Shown: positions 53,543-64,000 of the stretch, one piece after another | How positions within the stretch are numbered: the first letter of the stretch is position 1 | How the letters are laid out: each line of letters opens with the position of its first letter | Assembly (NCBI GenBank): GCA_965215015.1 | Contig: OZ244042.1 | Location: 4,640,001-4,704,000 of the forward strand | Origin: Candidatus Poribacteria bacterium | GTDB taxonomy: Bacteria; Poribacteria; WGA-4E; PCPOR2b | DNA: 64,000 nucleotides | Reading direction: 5' to 3' | The notes under the pieces: model-generated | Seen by the model: the letters and a program-made list of their open reading frames with translations, nothing else | Told to the model about the DNA's origin: nothing | Databases searched by the model: none | Translations under genes and position numbers: made by a program

Positions 53543-53953
53543 ATGGGAATTGTCGTCGGTTTTATTCTTGTTCTTTTTGTGCCTGCCTGTATTTTGCTGC
53601 CCATTATTATCCTGTTGCAAGATAGCAAAGGAGAGGGACTTTCATCAAGTGCATTTGGTGCAGCAGCGGGTAGCAGCATGCAATCAGTTTTAGGTGGACA
53701 AGGTGCTGCAACCTTCCTCTCCAAGGTCACAACATGGCTGGCTATCGGATTCATGATAATGGCACTGTTTCTGATGCGCTTCTACGGTGAAACGGGCGGC
53801 GAATTAAAACCGCTTCAGGAGGGAGCAGCGCAATCTGAAGTTACGGTTACGCCCTCAGACGAAACAGCGGAAGCAGGCGACGCAGCTGATACCGCTGAGG
53901 CAGACGCAGTCGATGCGTCATCATCTGAGGACTCAGATGATGTTGGGCAGTAA
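53543..53953 (+). CDS. secG: Preprotein translocase subunit SecG
   Basis: ILLQDSKGEGLS, FLSKVT; follows tpiA. Confidence 0.9.
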   Translation: MGIVVGFILVLFVPACILLPIIILLQDSKGEGLSSSAFGAAAGSSMQSVLGGQGAATFLSKVTTWLAIGFMIMALFLMRFYGETGGELKPLQEGAAQSEVTVTPSDETAEAGDAADTAEADAVDASSSEDSDDVGQ

Positions 53954-54034
53954 AAATAGATCTGCATTGTACGATCAAAGGCATCGCGCGCTCAAGGCGC
54001 CATTGCTTGAAGTTGCAGAAGCCCGGAGATTTTT

Positions 54035-54475
54035 ATGAAAAACGGGTTCATGCGTAACTCGCTTATTTTTTTTCTTATCCTCGTTGGGACGCTTAACTAT
54101 TTCATGGTAGGTTGCGGCGGGGATGAGGACGATGATACAGACACGCTCTACAAGGAGCTCGCTGGAACGTATCAATTATATCGGGGAGAGCTTACCTTGC
54201 TTGATGGAAGCAAAGTTGTTCTTGAACCACCTGACATCGCCGGAAGTATGACAGTCTCATCGGATAGAAGAATCACTCAGGAAGTCGAAGCATATGGAAA
54301 TTCTTTGACCATCAAAGGTGCCTTTGAAATTTTTCCAGATGAAGGGGTTATAGAGATAGACAGTGAGGCAGCAGCTATCATTTCTAAGCCAACCTATACA
54401 TGGGACGGGAGTGTATTCATAATAACTATAAACGTTGGTGCCTTCATTCAAAAGAGCTTTTGGCGTAAACTTTGA
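54035..54475 (+). CDS. Lipoprotein, lipocalin-like
   Basis: Lipobox MVGC, acidic linker, LAGTY. Confidence 0.65.
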   Translation: MKNGFMRNSLIFFLILVGTLNYFMVGCGGDEDDDTDTLYKELAGTYQLYRGELTLLDGSKVVLEPPDIAGSMTVSSDRRITQEVEAYGNSLTIKGAFEIFPDEGVIEIDSEAAAIISKPTYTWDGSVFIITINVGAFIQKSFWRKL

Positions 54476-54527
54476 GTAGGATTTTATTTAGCCCAAATAA
54501 AACTCTTGCTACTCTAAGGGTTAATCA

Positions 54528-54944
54528 ATGTCCGATCAGTCTATCCCCCAACAAACTTGGAGAGTTCATCCATTGCGTGCAAATTGGAGGCGATCAACCT
54601 TGCTCCTCCACTTCCTCCTCCTCCTTTTTTTAGGCATCTATTGGCTTTTCCAGTCAGTTTTTGTTACCCTCCTTTCAGCAATCTTTGTGACCGGCTCTTT
54701 ATACCGCTATTTTGTTCCGTTCCGGTATGAGCTTCATGAACATCAGCTTATCGTCATGGCACCCTTTTATCGCCTAACAAAGTCTTGGTCTGACTTTCGC
54801 AGTTTCTATGTTGACAATAACGGTGTGTTGTTGAGTCCATTTGCCAAACCCTCTCGCCTTGAGAATTTTCGAGGGGTTTATGTCCGTTTTGACGCAAATC
54901 AATCTGAAGTGGTTAATTTCATTAAAAATAAAATTTCAACTTGA
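54528..54944 (+). CDS. Membrane protein with PH-like domain
   Basis: Two TM segments followed by LLSPF..SRLENFRG. Confidence 0.65.
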   Translation: MSDQSIPQQTWRVHPLRANWRRSTLLLHFLLLLFLGIYWLFQSVFVTLLSAIFVTGSLYRYFVPFRYELHEHQLIVMAPFYRLTKSWSDFRSFYVDNNGVLLSPFAKPSRLENFRGVYVRFDANQSEVVNFIKNKIST

Positions 54945-55004
54945 CAGAAATCTTCAGAAGATTTGTCACTCTATTTAGGGGGGTGAAGTTGACTTTTAGA
55001 TTGA

Positions 55005-56294
<1,290 letters not shown>

Positions 56295-56340
56295 TATAGC
56301 GACTTTTATCTCATTCAAAATAGGAAGGAGAATTGGTGCA

Positions 56341-56907
56341 ATGCCTAGAAAATACTGGATTTTCGGAATGGCAATCTTTGCTACATTGATGTTTGTATTG
56401 CTCTGCTTAAATTACGCAGAAAGTCAAAGCGATTTAGTCAAACGCGGAAAATACCTCGTTGACGCGGTTGGGGCTTGCGGTCAGTGCCACACGCCGCGCA
56501 AAGGTGCAGAGATGGATATGAACATGTACCTCGCGGGCCATCCTGCGAATGCGCCATACCCCAAATACGACATGAGCATGATGCAACGTGGAATTTTTAT
56601 GGTCACTGCCCCGACTCTTGCTGCGTTTTCGATGCCTTTTGGAACAACATTTGCCGCAAACCTAACGCCTGATAAAGAGACGGGACTCGGTGAATGGACG
56701 GAAAAAATGTTCGTTGATACGATGCGAACGGGACACCATCAAGGCGATACCAGCAATCGAAAACTTCTCCCACCGATGCCGATTAAGAATGCTTACGCAA
56801 ATATGAGCGATGAAGATCTTAAGGCGATGTGGGCTTACCTGAAATCTATCAAGCCCGTCAAGAACACAGTACCATCAGCTCTCAATCGTATGGGTAGGCC
56901 TTTTTAG
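56341..56907 (+). CDS. Periplasmic c-type cytochrome
   Basis: Signal peptide, RGKYL, CGQCH, ANLTPDKETGLG and PPMP. Confidence 0.88.
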   Translation: MPRKYWIFGMAIFATLMFVLLCLNYAESQSDLVKRGKYLVDAVGACGQCHTPRKGAEMDMNMYLAGHPANAPYPKYDMSMMQRGIFMVTAPTLAAFSMPFGTTFAANLTPDKETGLGEWTEKMFVDTMRTGHHQGDTSNRKLLPPMPIKNAYANMSDEDLKAMWAYLKSIKPVKNTVPSALNRMGRPF

Positions 56908-57130
56908 GATTAGGTACAAACACCTTACCATCGAGAATTAGCTCATAGAAGAGGAAAGTGCAAAACGCGAGGAGAACCGTAGGGGGGCTCTGCCCGCGCT
57001 TGCCAAAACTCGGGTTCTATTGCACGATTTCTTAACATGAACCTGGGAATTTAGTAAGGAACGCAAATCTGCGTTCCCTACGTTTGCCGAACAATCGTTT
57101 TTTACCAAGGTGGTTACTCAAGTAATACCT

Positions 57131-58486
57131 ATGAAAGATTTAATTATCATTGGCGGTGGGTTAGCCGGCAGCGAAGCGGCATGGCAAGCGGCTGAACGCG
57201 GTATCCAAGTATATCTTTACGAAATGCGTCCATTTACCGCAACAGGTGCACACCTCACCCCTAATCTTGCAGAATTAGTCTGCTCCAACTCGCTTGGATC
57301 TGATCTTCCAGACCGCGCCTCCGGCGTTCTCAAGGCAGAACTGCGCCGACTGGGGTCAATACTGCTGGAGTGTGCCTATAAAACGGCGTTGCCTGCGGGG
57401 AGTGCACTGGCGGTAGATCGTGAGGCTTTCTCTCATCTCGTAACGACGCGGATCTCAGACCACCCTAAGATTGAAGTGGTGCGCAAAGAGGTTACCACCC
57501 TCCCTGACGAACCTACCATCATTGCCTCCGGTCCACTAACCTCGCCCAGTCTCTCAGATGCCATTGCTGCCTTGAGTGGGCAGAAACACCTGTACTTCTT
57601 TGATGCCATTGCGCCGATTGTGAGCCTAGAGTCAATTAACCTAGAGGTTGCTTTCCGCGCTTCACGTTATGGGCACGGCGAACAGGTAGAGGGTGATTAT
57701 ATCAATTGTCCGATGAACCGCGATGAATACGAGGCCTTCGTCGCTGCGTTAATCGGTGCCGAGCGCATTAAGTTGGAATCCTTCGAGCAGGAGTTAGAAC
57801 AGGGTGTCAGGGCAGGTTGGCATCAATTCTTTGAAGGATGTTTGCCTGTTGAAATTATAGCGCGACGTGGGTATGAGAGCCTTGCTTTCGGTCCGATGCG
57901 TCCGGTGGGGTTGACCGCCCCGCGCACGGGGCAGCGTCCTTACGCAGTAGTACAACTACGCCAAGACAACCTTGCCGGTACGCTCTTTAATATGGTCGGC
58001 TTCCAAACGAACCTGAAGTTTCCTGAACAGAAGCGGGTTTTTCGTATGATTCCTGGGCTTGAAAAGGCTGATTTCGTGCGCTATGGACAGATGCACCGCA
58101 ACACCTTTATTGATGCACCGACGCTGTTATATCCCACGCTTCAGTTCCGTGGGCGCGATAATCTCTTTTTTGCAGGTCAAATCACGGGCGTTGAAAGCTA
58201 CATGGGTAACATCGCAACAGGCTTGCTCGCTGGTTGGAACGCCACACGCCTGCTACATGGTCAATCCCCATTATCTCTGCCAACCACCACAATCCTCGGT
58301 GCGCTTTGCTACTACGTGACCCACGCCAGCCCGGCTGATTTTCAACCGATGAAGGCGAATTTCGGTATCCTACCTCCGTTGGACACAATCAAACGGCTTA
58401 ACAAACGGAAACGCGCTGCCGCTTATGCAGGACGAGCACTGAGGGACCTGGAGGCTTTTCTGTTAGAGATTGATGATGCGATTTAA
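57131..58486 (+). CDS. trmFO: FAD/folate-dependent tRNA m5U54 methyltransferase
   Basis: [33 protein letters not shown] and FQPMKANFG. Confidence 0.96.
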   Translation: MKDLIIIGGGLAGSEAAWQAAERGIQVYLYEMRPFTATGAHLTPNLAELVCSNSLGSDLPDRASGVLKAELRRLGSILLECAYKTALPAGSALAVDREAFSHLVTTRISDHPKIEVVRKEVTTLPDEPTIIASGPLTSPSLSDAIAALSGQKHLYFFDAIAPIVSLESINLEVAFRASRYGHGEQVEGDYINCPMNRDEYEAFVAALIGAERIKLESFEQELEQGVRAGWHQFFEGCLPVEIIARRGYESLAFGPMRPVGLTAPRTGQRPYAVVQLRQDNLAGTLFNMVGFQTNLKFPEQKRVFRMIPGLEKADFVRYGQMHRNTFIDAPTLLYPTLQFRGRDNLFFAGQITGVESYMGNIATGLLAGWNATRLLHGQSPLSLPTTTILGALCYYVTHASPADFQPMKANFGILPPLDTIKRLNKRKRAAAYAGRALRDLEAFLLEIDDAI

Positions 58487-58912
58487 CAAGAATCTGCCTG
58501 AACCTTTACGGTAGACTATTGTTAAATATGTGGTGTTTGAGGATATGTTCCTGCCTCTTACCGGGCGGCCGGGAGTGTGAGTGACAGAATATCTGTGAGG
58601 GGATTCATTTGCTGACTCATTAGTGTTGGGAGACATAAAGGTAATCAGTGGATCCCCTGCTTGTCAAGTCATTACTCCACACTTTATGAGGAGGGCTACC
58701 ACACACTGCCGAGTGATACACTTAGTATTTGATGAGTCACCGAGGATACCAGGACTATTGCGCCATAATCCTGGTTTCACCCACCCGGACAGTCGCGCAG
58801 CAGTGTTTGGCCTTTGAACCTTCAACCGCGTAAGTCCTATCCTAGTAAACAAAAAAAACTTATCATTACTCATTACACACTGTTTTTTGCACAGGCAGAA
58901 CAGGAGCAATCT

Positions 58913-59593
58913 ATGGAACGTTTGGATGTACTTCATCCGTCGATTGACGAATACCTGATTGACATTATCCCGGCACGCGACGAGGTGTTAACGGAGATGG
59001 AGGCATACGCACGGGAACGCCGTTTCCCGATTGTGGGACCGCTCGTTGGCCGCGTCTTACATCAATTGGTGCTGTTGACTAATCCGACGCGAATCTTCGA
59101 GATGGGATCAGGCTTCGGCTATTCGGCATACTGGATGGCAAAGGCATTGCGACAACCGGAAGCGCGCATCATCTGTACCGATGGCTCGCAGGAGAATGCT
59201 GACCGTGCGGCAGGTTATCTGGCGCGCGGGGGCATCGCAGATCGAATTGATTATCGCGTTGGGAACGCGCTCGAAATCATCGACGAAACAGAAGGAGACT
59301 TTGACATTATCTACAACGACATAGACAAAGATGGTTATCCCGAAGCATTTCGCAAGGCAATTCCGCGGCTCAGGAGTGGTGGGTTGTTTATCACAGACAA
59401 CATGCTATGGCTGGGGCGTGTTGTCACATACGATACCGATGCTGACATGCGAGGACTTGATGAAGAGGAACAATGGGTGCACAAGACCACAGTCGGGGTC
59501 AAAGAGTTGACACAGCTGCTTTACAGTTCCCCTGATGTGTTTACAACAATTATCCCACTTCGCGATGGGATTTCGGTCGCAATAAAACGCTAG
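58913..59593 (+). CDS. Class I SAM-dependent O-methyltransferase
   Basis: EMGSGFGYS, DIDKDGY, DNMLW and LRDG. Confidence 0.9.
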   Translation: MERLDVLHPSIDEYLIDIIPARDEVLTEMEAYARERRFPIVGPLVGRVLHQLVLLTNPTRIFEMGSGFGYSAYWMAKALRQPEARIICTDGSQENADRAAGYLARGGIADRIDYRVGNALEIIDETEGDFDIIYNDIDKDGYPEAFRKAIPRLRSGGLFITDNMLWLGRVVTYDTDADMRGLDEEEQWVHKTTVGVKELTQLLYSSPDVFTTIIPLRDGISVAIKR

Positions 59594-59687
59594 TACACCA
59601 ACCGCGTTAAAGGTGTGCAGGTCGAAGCCTCTCAGAGCAAAATTGGGTCAAACAGGAACCGTAAAACCCAACTCAATCTTAATGAAC

Positions 59688-59812
59688 TGAGAACTTACGT
59701 AGTTGAATGCTCCATGCCTTGTAGTTCGGTCATCGCCGGCGCACACAACCCCTGATGCCCGATGAATCGGGCAACTACAGCAGAGACTCCCTACAGAAGT
59801 GCGTAACTCCTA
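59688..59812. mobile_element. Short degenerate MITE-like copy
   Basis: GAACTTACGTAGTTGAATGCTC...GATGAATCGGGCAACTAC...TGCGTAACTCCTA. Confidence 0.7.
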
Positions 59813-59868
59813 TGAACTAATGAACCAACATAGCCCCATCGAAAAGAAAGGGACAGCAAAATTCGGTA

Positions 59869-60462
59869 CTACTTTGACGCCAAATGATAAACTTCGATTT
59901 CGCGGACTTGCGCCCACGCTGGTTGGATAACACGGAAGTGTGGATAATACGCTCCGGCAAGTGTGGTCCTTCGATCGACGACCTTGTCACCGGGCGATAA
60001 CGTCACCTTCGTTACAACGTTATCATCAACCGTACGTGAAACGTTAATGCGAATAGTATTTGTCCGGCAATTTAACCGATCAATGACAACTTCCAACGGT
60101 GCACGCCCCTCGCCAATATTCCGCAGCTGACGGACAGAGTGGACCGTTTTCCACTCAAAGTCATTAAGATCCCAATAGTCCACGTGAAACCAAAACAGGT
60201 TGACGTTATGGATAATAATCTTCCTAACGGGTTTAACCTCCGGGAACCGTAACGTAAAGATCCGTTCATTTTTCGCCTCCACCGCCGCAATCGTGTCTAG
60301 TCTGCCATCGTTGAGTGCTGGATGGTTCGCCTTTGATCCATAGATTGCCAAGGCAAAGTTCTCACTCCATGAGTTTGATAACAGAGAAGACCAAACACAA
60401 CCAGATAGACTGACACAAGCGAATAACAGCAGGAAAATTCCAAAGTGTTTTAGGGCTTTCAT
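59869..60462 (-). CDS. Lipoprotein with discoidin/galactose-binding-like fold
   Basis: Lipobox LSGC; ENFAL..LNDG..VRKIIIH..IRINV..VREIEVY. Confidence 0.65.
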   Translation of the reverse strand: MKALKHFGIFLLLFACVSLSGCVWSSLLSNSWSENFALAIYGSKANHPALNDGRLDTIAAVEAKNERIFTLRFPEVKPVRKIIIHNVNLFWFHVDYWDLNDFEWKTVHSVRQLRNIGEGRAPLEVVIDRLNCRTNTIRINVSRTVDDNVVTKVTLSPGDKVVDRRTTLAGAYYPHFRVIQPAWAQVREIEVYHLASK

Positions 60463-60578
60463 CTTTCTACCTCGCATCTTTTTCATACAGCCGCGCTCAT
60501 TAACAAACCCACCCCGTAGGCGGAGCATCTTTCTCCGCCCCGCTACGTCATCGGGGATGACTTTTCAAACAACCACCA

Positions 60579-61319
60579 TTATCGAACATAAGGACGAATT
60601 CTATACACCTCATGTTTAGCGCGAAACCAAGTCCGCTGGAATTTTCCGATAAGAAGCATCCCCACGCCAAATCCACCGACATGCGCCGCCCAAGCGATAG
60701 ACGCCCCTTGAAAGGAAAAATAGACATTGATTAACTGGATGGCGATCCAAGGTAGGAGCAGAACAATCGCGGGTACGGAGATAATATAGATAAGGAGAAG
60801 GCATCGGACACGCGCCTTGGGACAGGCGATAAAGTGTGCTCCCATGACGCCGGCGATTGCACCGCTTGCACCAATCAGAGGCAAATTAGAATTGGAATAA
60901 ATTACCACGTAACAGAGCGTTGCCAACACCCCGCATAACAGGTAAAACAGGAGAAATTTCAGACTCCCAATCATATTTTCAAGAGTCGGACCAAAGGCAG
61001 AAAGATAAAGCATGTTACCAATGAGGTGGATAAATCCCCCTTGTAAAATGTGGACATCGTGTAAAAATAAGGAGGTGAGGAGTGTCTTATCGAAAAGGTT
61101 CGGCAATGGTGGTAAAAATGAATAACGACGGACAATCTGGCTGGGAATCGCCCCAGATGCGTATGCCAATGACACCCCTTGATAGAGTGCGTAAAGCTGA
61201 TATGCAAAAACCAAGATATTTATAACGATTAAAAATTGTACAGCACGCGGCTTGAAAGATTTCTGCGCCGATGGCGCGCTCGGCAGTGGAATAAACAAGG
61301 TGTCGTGTCCTTTCGGCAA
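60579..61319 (-). CDS. Rhomboid intramembrane serine protease
   Basis: HLIGNM, GASGA and AHVGG. Confidence 0.92.
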   Translation of the reverse strand: MPKGHDTLFIPLPSAPSAQKSFKPRAVQFLIVINILVFAYQLYALYQGVSLAYASGAIPSQIVRRYSFLPPLPNLFDKTLLTSLFLHDVHILQGGFIHLIGNMLYLSAFGPTLENMIGSLKFLLFYLLCGVLATLCYVVIYSNSNLPLIGASGAIAGVMGAHFIACPKARVRCLLLIYIISVPAIVLLLPWIAIQLINVYFSFQGASIAWAAHVGGFGVGMLLIGKFQRTWFRAKHEVYRIRPYVR

Positions 61320-61383
61320 GTGGGTAGATAAGCAAACCTACGATCACGTCACACATTAATTACGATACACGCCACTTTATGTT

Positions 61384-61665
61384 TCACGTTTCGCTCGACA
61401 CATCAAACCGATCAATAATTCCCATAACCAGCTCTCTTATGGGAGCCGTTTCAATATCAAATACCTCCTGGGCAACGCCCGGACCTGCCCCAACAAGCAC
61501 GATATCGTTCTCTCCTGCACCCACGTAGTCAACAGCGATTGTCGGCGTTCGCACCAGTTTCGATTTCAAACTCAGCGGCTGAACCAGCAAAAGCGTACGA
61601 TTTTCATAGGCAGGGTGCTTAATGACTGAGACCACTTTACCAACGACCTTTGCGATGTACATCAC
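61384..61665 (-). CDS. EutN/CcmL (BMC-P) microcompartment vertex protein
   Basis: IAKVVGKVVS..K, AVDYVGAG and GIID. Confidence 0.9.
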   Translation of the reverse strand: MMYIAKVVGKVVSVIKHPAYENRTLLLVQPLSLKSKLVRTPTIAVDYVGAGENDIVLVGAGPGVAQEVFDIETAPIRELVMGIIDRFDVSSET

Positions 61666-61946
61666 TCCTCCGCTTCCTCGGTTACAGTGATTGAATCAAC
61701 AATCCCAACCACAGCAACATCGACGGGCATTGCACGTTCCGCTGATACAAATGCAGCGTCTCCTCCGGTGACCATATAGACCAGTTCGCCATATCCAGCC
61801 GCACCTTGTATATCAACAGCGGTAACCGGATCACCGACGGGCCGCTCCGCCGTGTTAAGAGGCTGTACCACCAGAAGCCGGTAGCCGACTAAACTCGAAT
61901 CTTTTCGAGTAGCAACAATCGTTCCGATAACTTTTCCAATATCCAT
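61662..61946 (-). CDS. EutN/CcmL (BMC-P) microcompartment vertex protein
   Basis: IGKVIGTIVATRK, AVD..A.G.GE.V and VDVAVVGIVD. Confidence 0.92.
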   Translation of the reverse strand: MDIGKVIGTIVATRKDSSLVGYRLLVVQPLNTAERPVGDPVTAVDIQGAAGYGELVYMVTGGDAAFVSAERAMPVDVAVVGIVDSITVTEEAEE

Positions 61947-61969
61947 AGCGCATTAAAACGTCCGTTCAC

Positions 61970-63424
61970 CTAAAGCTTTTGAATCCCATACTCCTCCATC
62001 TTAGAATGGAGTGTATTTCGATTGATTCCGAGGATTTCGGCGGCTTTCCTGCGATTCCAGCCGGTGTGCCGGAGAATAAACTCAAAGAGCGGTTTTTCAA
62101 CGGCGATGCGAATCTCTGCGTGAAGTGATCCGGAGGCTGCTCCCGATTCGATAAATTCATCCACACGCTCCGACATAAGGGTGGCAAGACGGCTCTCGAA
62201 ACCTGTCGGTGCACTTGCAACAGAGGAGGTTGAGTTCCCAGAAAGTTCCGGGAAGTGTTCTGGAAGAAGTACCTGACCGGCACACATTACGAGTGCTCTC
62301 TTCAGGGCGTTTTCAAGTTCGCGGACGTTTCCGGGCCAATCATAAACCATCAGCAGTTTGAACGCTTCGGGTGAAATTGTCCCTTTCGGCCGATCGTAAT
62401 CTTGAGCAAAACGGGATATAAAAAAATCTACAAGATCGGGAATATCCTCTTTCCGTTCACGCAATGGAGGTAAAAAAATTGGCACCACATTGAGCCGATA
62501 GAATAAATCTTCCCGAAAGGCACCCGCTTGGATTGCCAAATCAAGACGTCGATTGGTAGCAGCAACCACCCGTACATCAATCTTGCGTATCTGATTGGAT
62601 CCAATCGGTTCAACTTCCCGTTCCTGGAGGACACGCAATAGCTTCATCTGCACCTCTATCGGTAATTCACCTACCTCATCCAGAAAAATCGTTCCCCCAT
62701 CTGCCTGTTCAAATTTCCCCTGACGTGCCGTGTCGGCTCCTGTATACGCCCCTTTAACATGCCCAAAGAGTGCACTTTCGATGAGGTCTGAGGGAATCGC
62801 GCTACAATCCACCACCACAAATGCCTTATTCGCCCTTCTACTATTTTGGTGAATTGCTTTGGCAATTGATTCTTTACCGGTGCCACTCTCTCCCATAATC
62901 AGCACTGTTTCCTCGCTGATTGCCGCCCGTCCGATGGTCAGGTAGATTACGTGCATTGCATCGCTCTCCCCAACAATCTGCGTGCCCACATCATCCTTGC
63001 TTTGTGGCGTGATAGTACCCTCTGACGGTGAATCTCCTGCCATCGCTGCTTTCGCTTGATCAGCGGCATACACCGAACGAGATACCAAAGATACAATCTC
63101 TTTGAGATCAAAAGGCTTGGTCACATAGTCATAAGCCTGCCGTTTTGCAGCTTCAATCGCAGTTTGCGTTGTGCCGTGGGCGGTAATAATAATAATTGAC
63201 GCAGCTTTATTAATCTCCCGCAGCTCTTCAATCAGATCTAACCCGTTGACATCAGGCATAAAGATATCGAGAAAAATTGTATCGATCGCTTCTGAGCGGA
63301 GGAGATCAACCGTTTCTTTACCGTTTCGAGCGGAGAATGTGCGATACCCTTCCATCTGAAGGGCTTTCTCCAACACAAAGCGGATGCTATCGTCGTCGTC
63401 AGCGATAAGAATTGCGTGTGTCAT
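61970..63424 (-). CDS. Sigma-54-dependent response regulator (NtrC family)
   Basis: Receiver (ADDD, LDIFMP, KPF), GESGTGKE, GAYTGA, FLDEVGE and Fis HTH. Confidence 0.95.
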   Translation of the reverse strand: MTHAILIADDDDSIRFVLEKALQMEGYRTFSARNGKETVDLLRSEAIDTIFLDIFMPDVNGLDLIEELREINKAASIIIITAHGTTQTAIEAAKRQAYDYVTKPFDLKEIVSLVSRSVYAADQAKAAMAGDSPSEGTITPQSKDDVGTQIVGESDAMHVIYLTIGRAAISEETVLIMGESGTGKESIAKAIHQNSRRANKAFVVVDCSAIPSDLIESALFGHVKGAYTGADTARQGKFEQADGGTIFLDEVGELPIEVQMKLLRVLQEREVEPIGSNQIRKIDVRVVAATNRRLDLAIQAGAFREDLFYRLNVVPIFLPPLRERKEDIPDLVDFFISRFAQDYDRPKGTISPEAFKLLMVYDWPGNVRELENALKRALVMCAGQVLLPEHFPELSGNSTSSVASAPTGFESRLATLMSERVDEFIESGAASGSLHAEIRIAVEKPLFEFILRHTGWNRRKAAEILGINRNTLHSKMEEYGIQKL

Positions 63425-63486
63425 AGAGACCTAATGATAGTTATCTGAACCGAGATTAGCAACTATAAAAGCAGCATCAATACTAA

Positions 63487-63648
63487 TAGGACTTACGCAG
63501 TTGAATGCTTAAAACCCTGTAGTTCGATGATTCATCGCTACAGAACACAATTTCCAATGCCCGGTGAATCGGGGGGCTACAGCGGGGGCACCAAAGGATT
63601 CCGTAGGGAACAACGATCGCCATTCCCTACGGAAATGAGTAATTCCTA
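63487..63648. mobile_element. MITE-like copy between the kinase and regulator genes
   Basis: TAGGACTTACGCAG...TGAGTAATTCCTA with internal REP-like pair. Confidence 0.72.
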
Positions 63649-63827
63649 ACTAAGTCAGGGGGCTTATAAATAGGGTTTTTGATGCGTATACTGCTCAACG
63701 CTTCTCAATACGTAGGGGTGGATTTCCCAACCCGTCGGCTTGGAAACCAAGCCCTTACGATTGACCCAGGCACCCTCGCTTGAATTCCGCTATAATGTGT
63801 TTCAAATTATGTACACCCTTAATTTGC

Positions 63828-64000
63828 TCAAACCGGCAACGTAACAATAAACGTTGCCCCCTGAGTCTCTGCTACATCAACCTCAATGGTGCCGCCGTGC
63901 TCCTCAACGATTTGCTGGCTAATCGCCAACCCCAACCCTGTTCCTTTCTGTTTCGTTGTGTAAAACGGATCGAATAGGCGCGAAGCAGCATCTAGCCGTA
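63828..64000 (-). CDS. Sensor histidine kinase, C-terminal HATPase end (partial)
   Basis: [41 protein letters not shown]. Confidence 0.92.
   Translation of the reverse strand, partial: RLDAASRLFDPFYTTKQKGTGLGLAISQQIVEEHGGTIEVDVAETQGATFIVTLPV

Overview
A gene-dense bacterial chromosome segment of roughly 50% GC. The gene content suggests Candidatus Poribacteria or a relative, which is an inference: a 'YPxPxNPETWIPY' C-terminal sorting-type domain, two PhyH dioxygenases, two creatininases, Gfo/Idh/MocA oxidoreductases, BMC vertex genes and dense intergenic palindromic repeats. Housekeeping genes include a UvrD-type helicase, tRNA-Gly/Cys/Val, thrS, iscS, map, argC, alr, rph, rdgB, minCDE, larA, gap, tpiA, secG, tgt, trmFO and an NtrB/NtrC-like pair. 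Five things stand out. (1) A two-unit tandem cassette array (10595-14517) sits directly upstream of tRNA-Gly. Each unit starts with a copy of the tRNA promoter plus a tRNA-Gly 5' half broken at the anticodon, and carries a secreted TIMP/NTR-like OB-fold gene and a matrixin-type protease gene; the two protease copies have complementary deletions. (2) The UvrD helicase contains a degenerate RecJ-type DHH domain followed by a DnaQ/DEDDh exonuclease domain in one open frame. (3) A KpnI-like type II R-M system has both genes broken. (4) A MITE-like family with TAGGACTTACGCA termini carries variable REP-like modules. (5) There are many pseudogenes. No CRISPR array, rRNA, integrase or transposase was seen. 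All calls come from motif recognition by eye; no searches were run.
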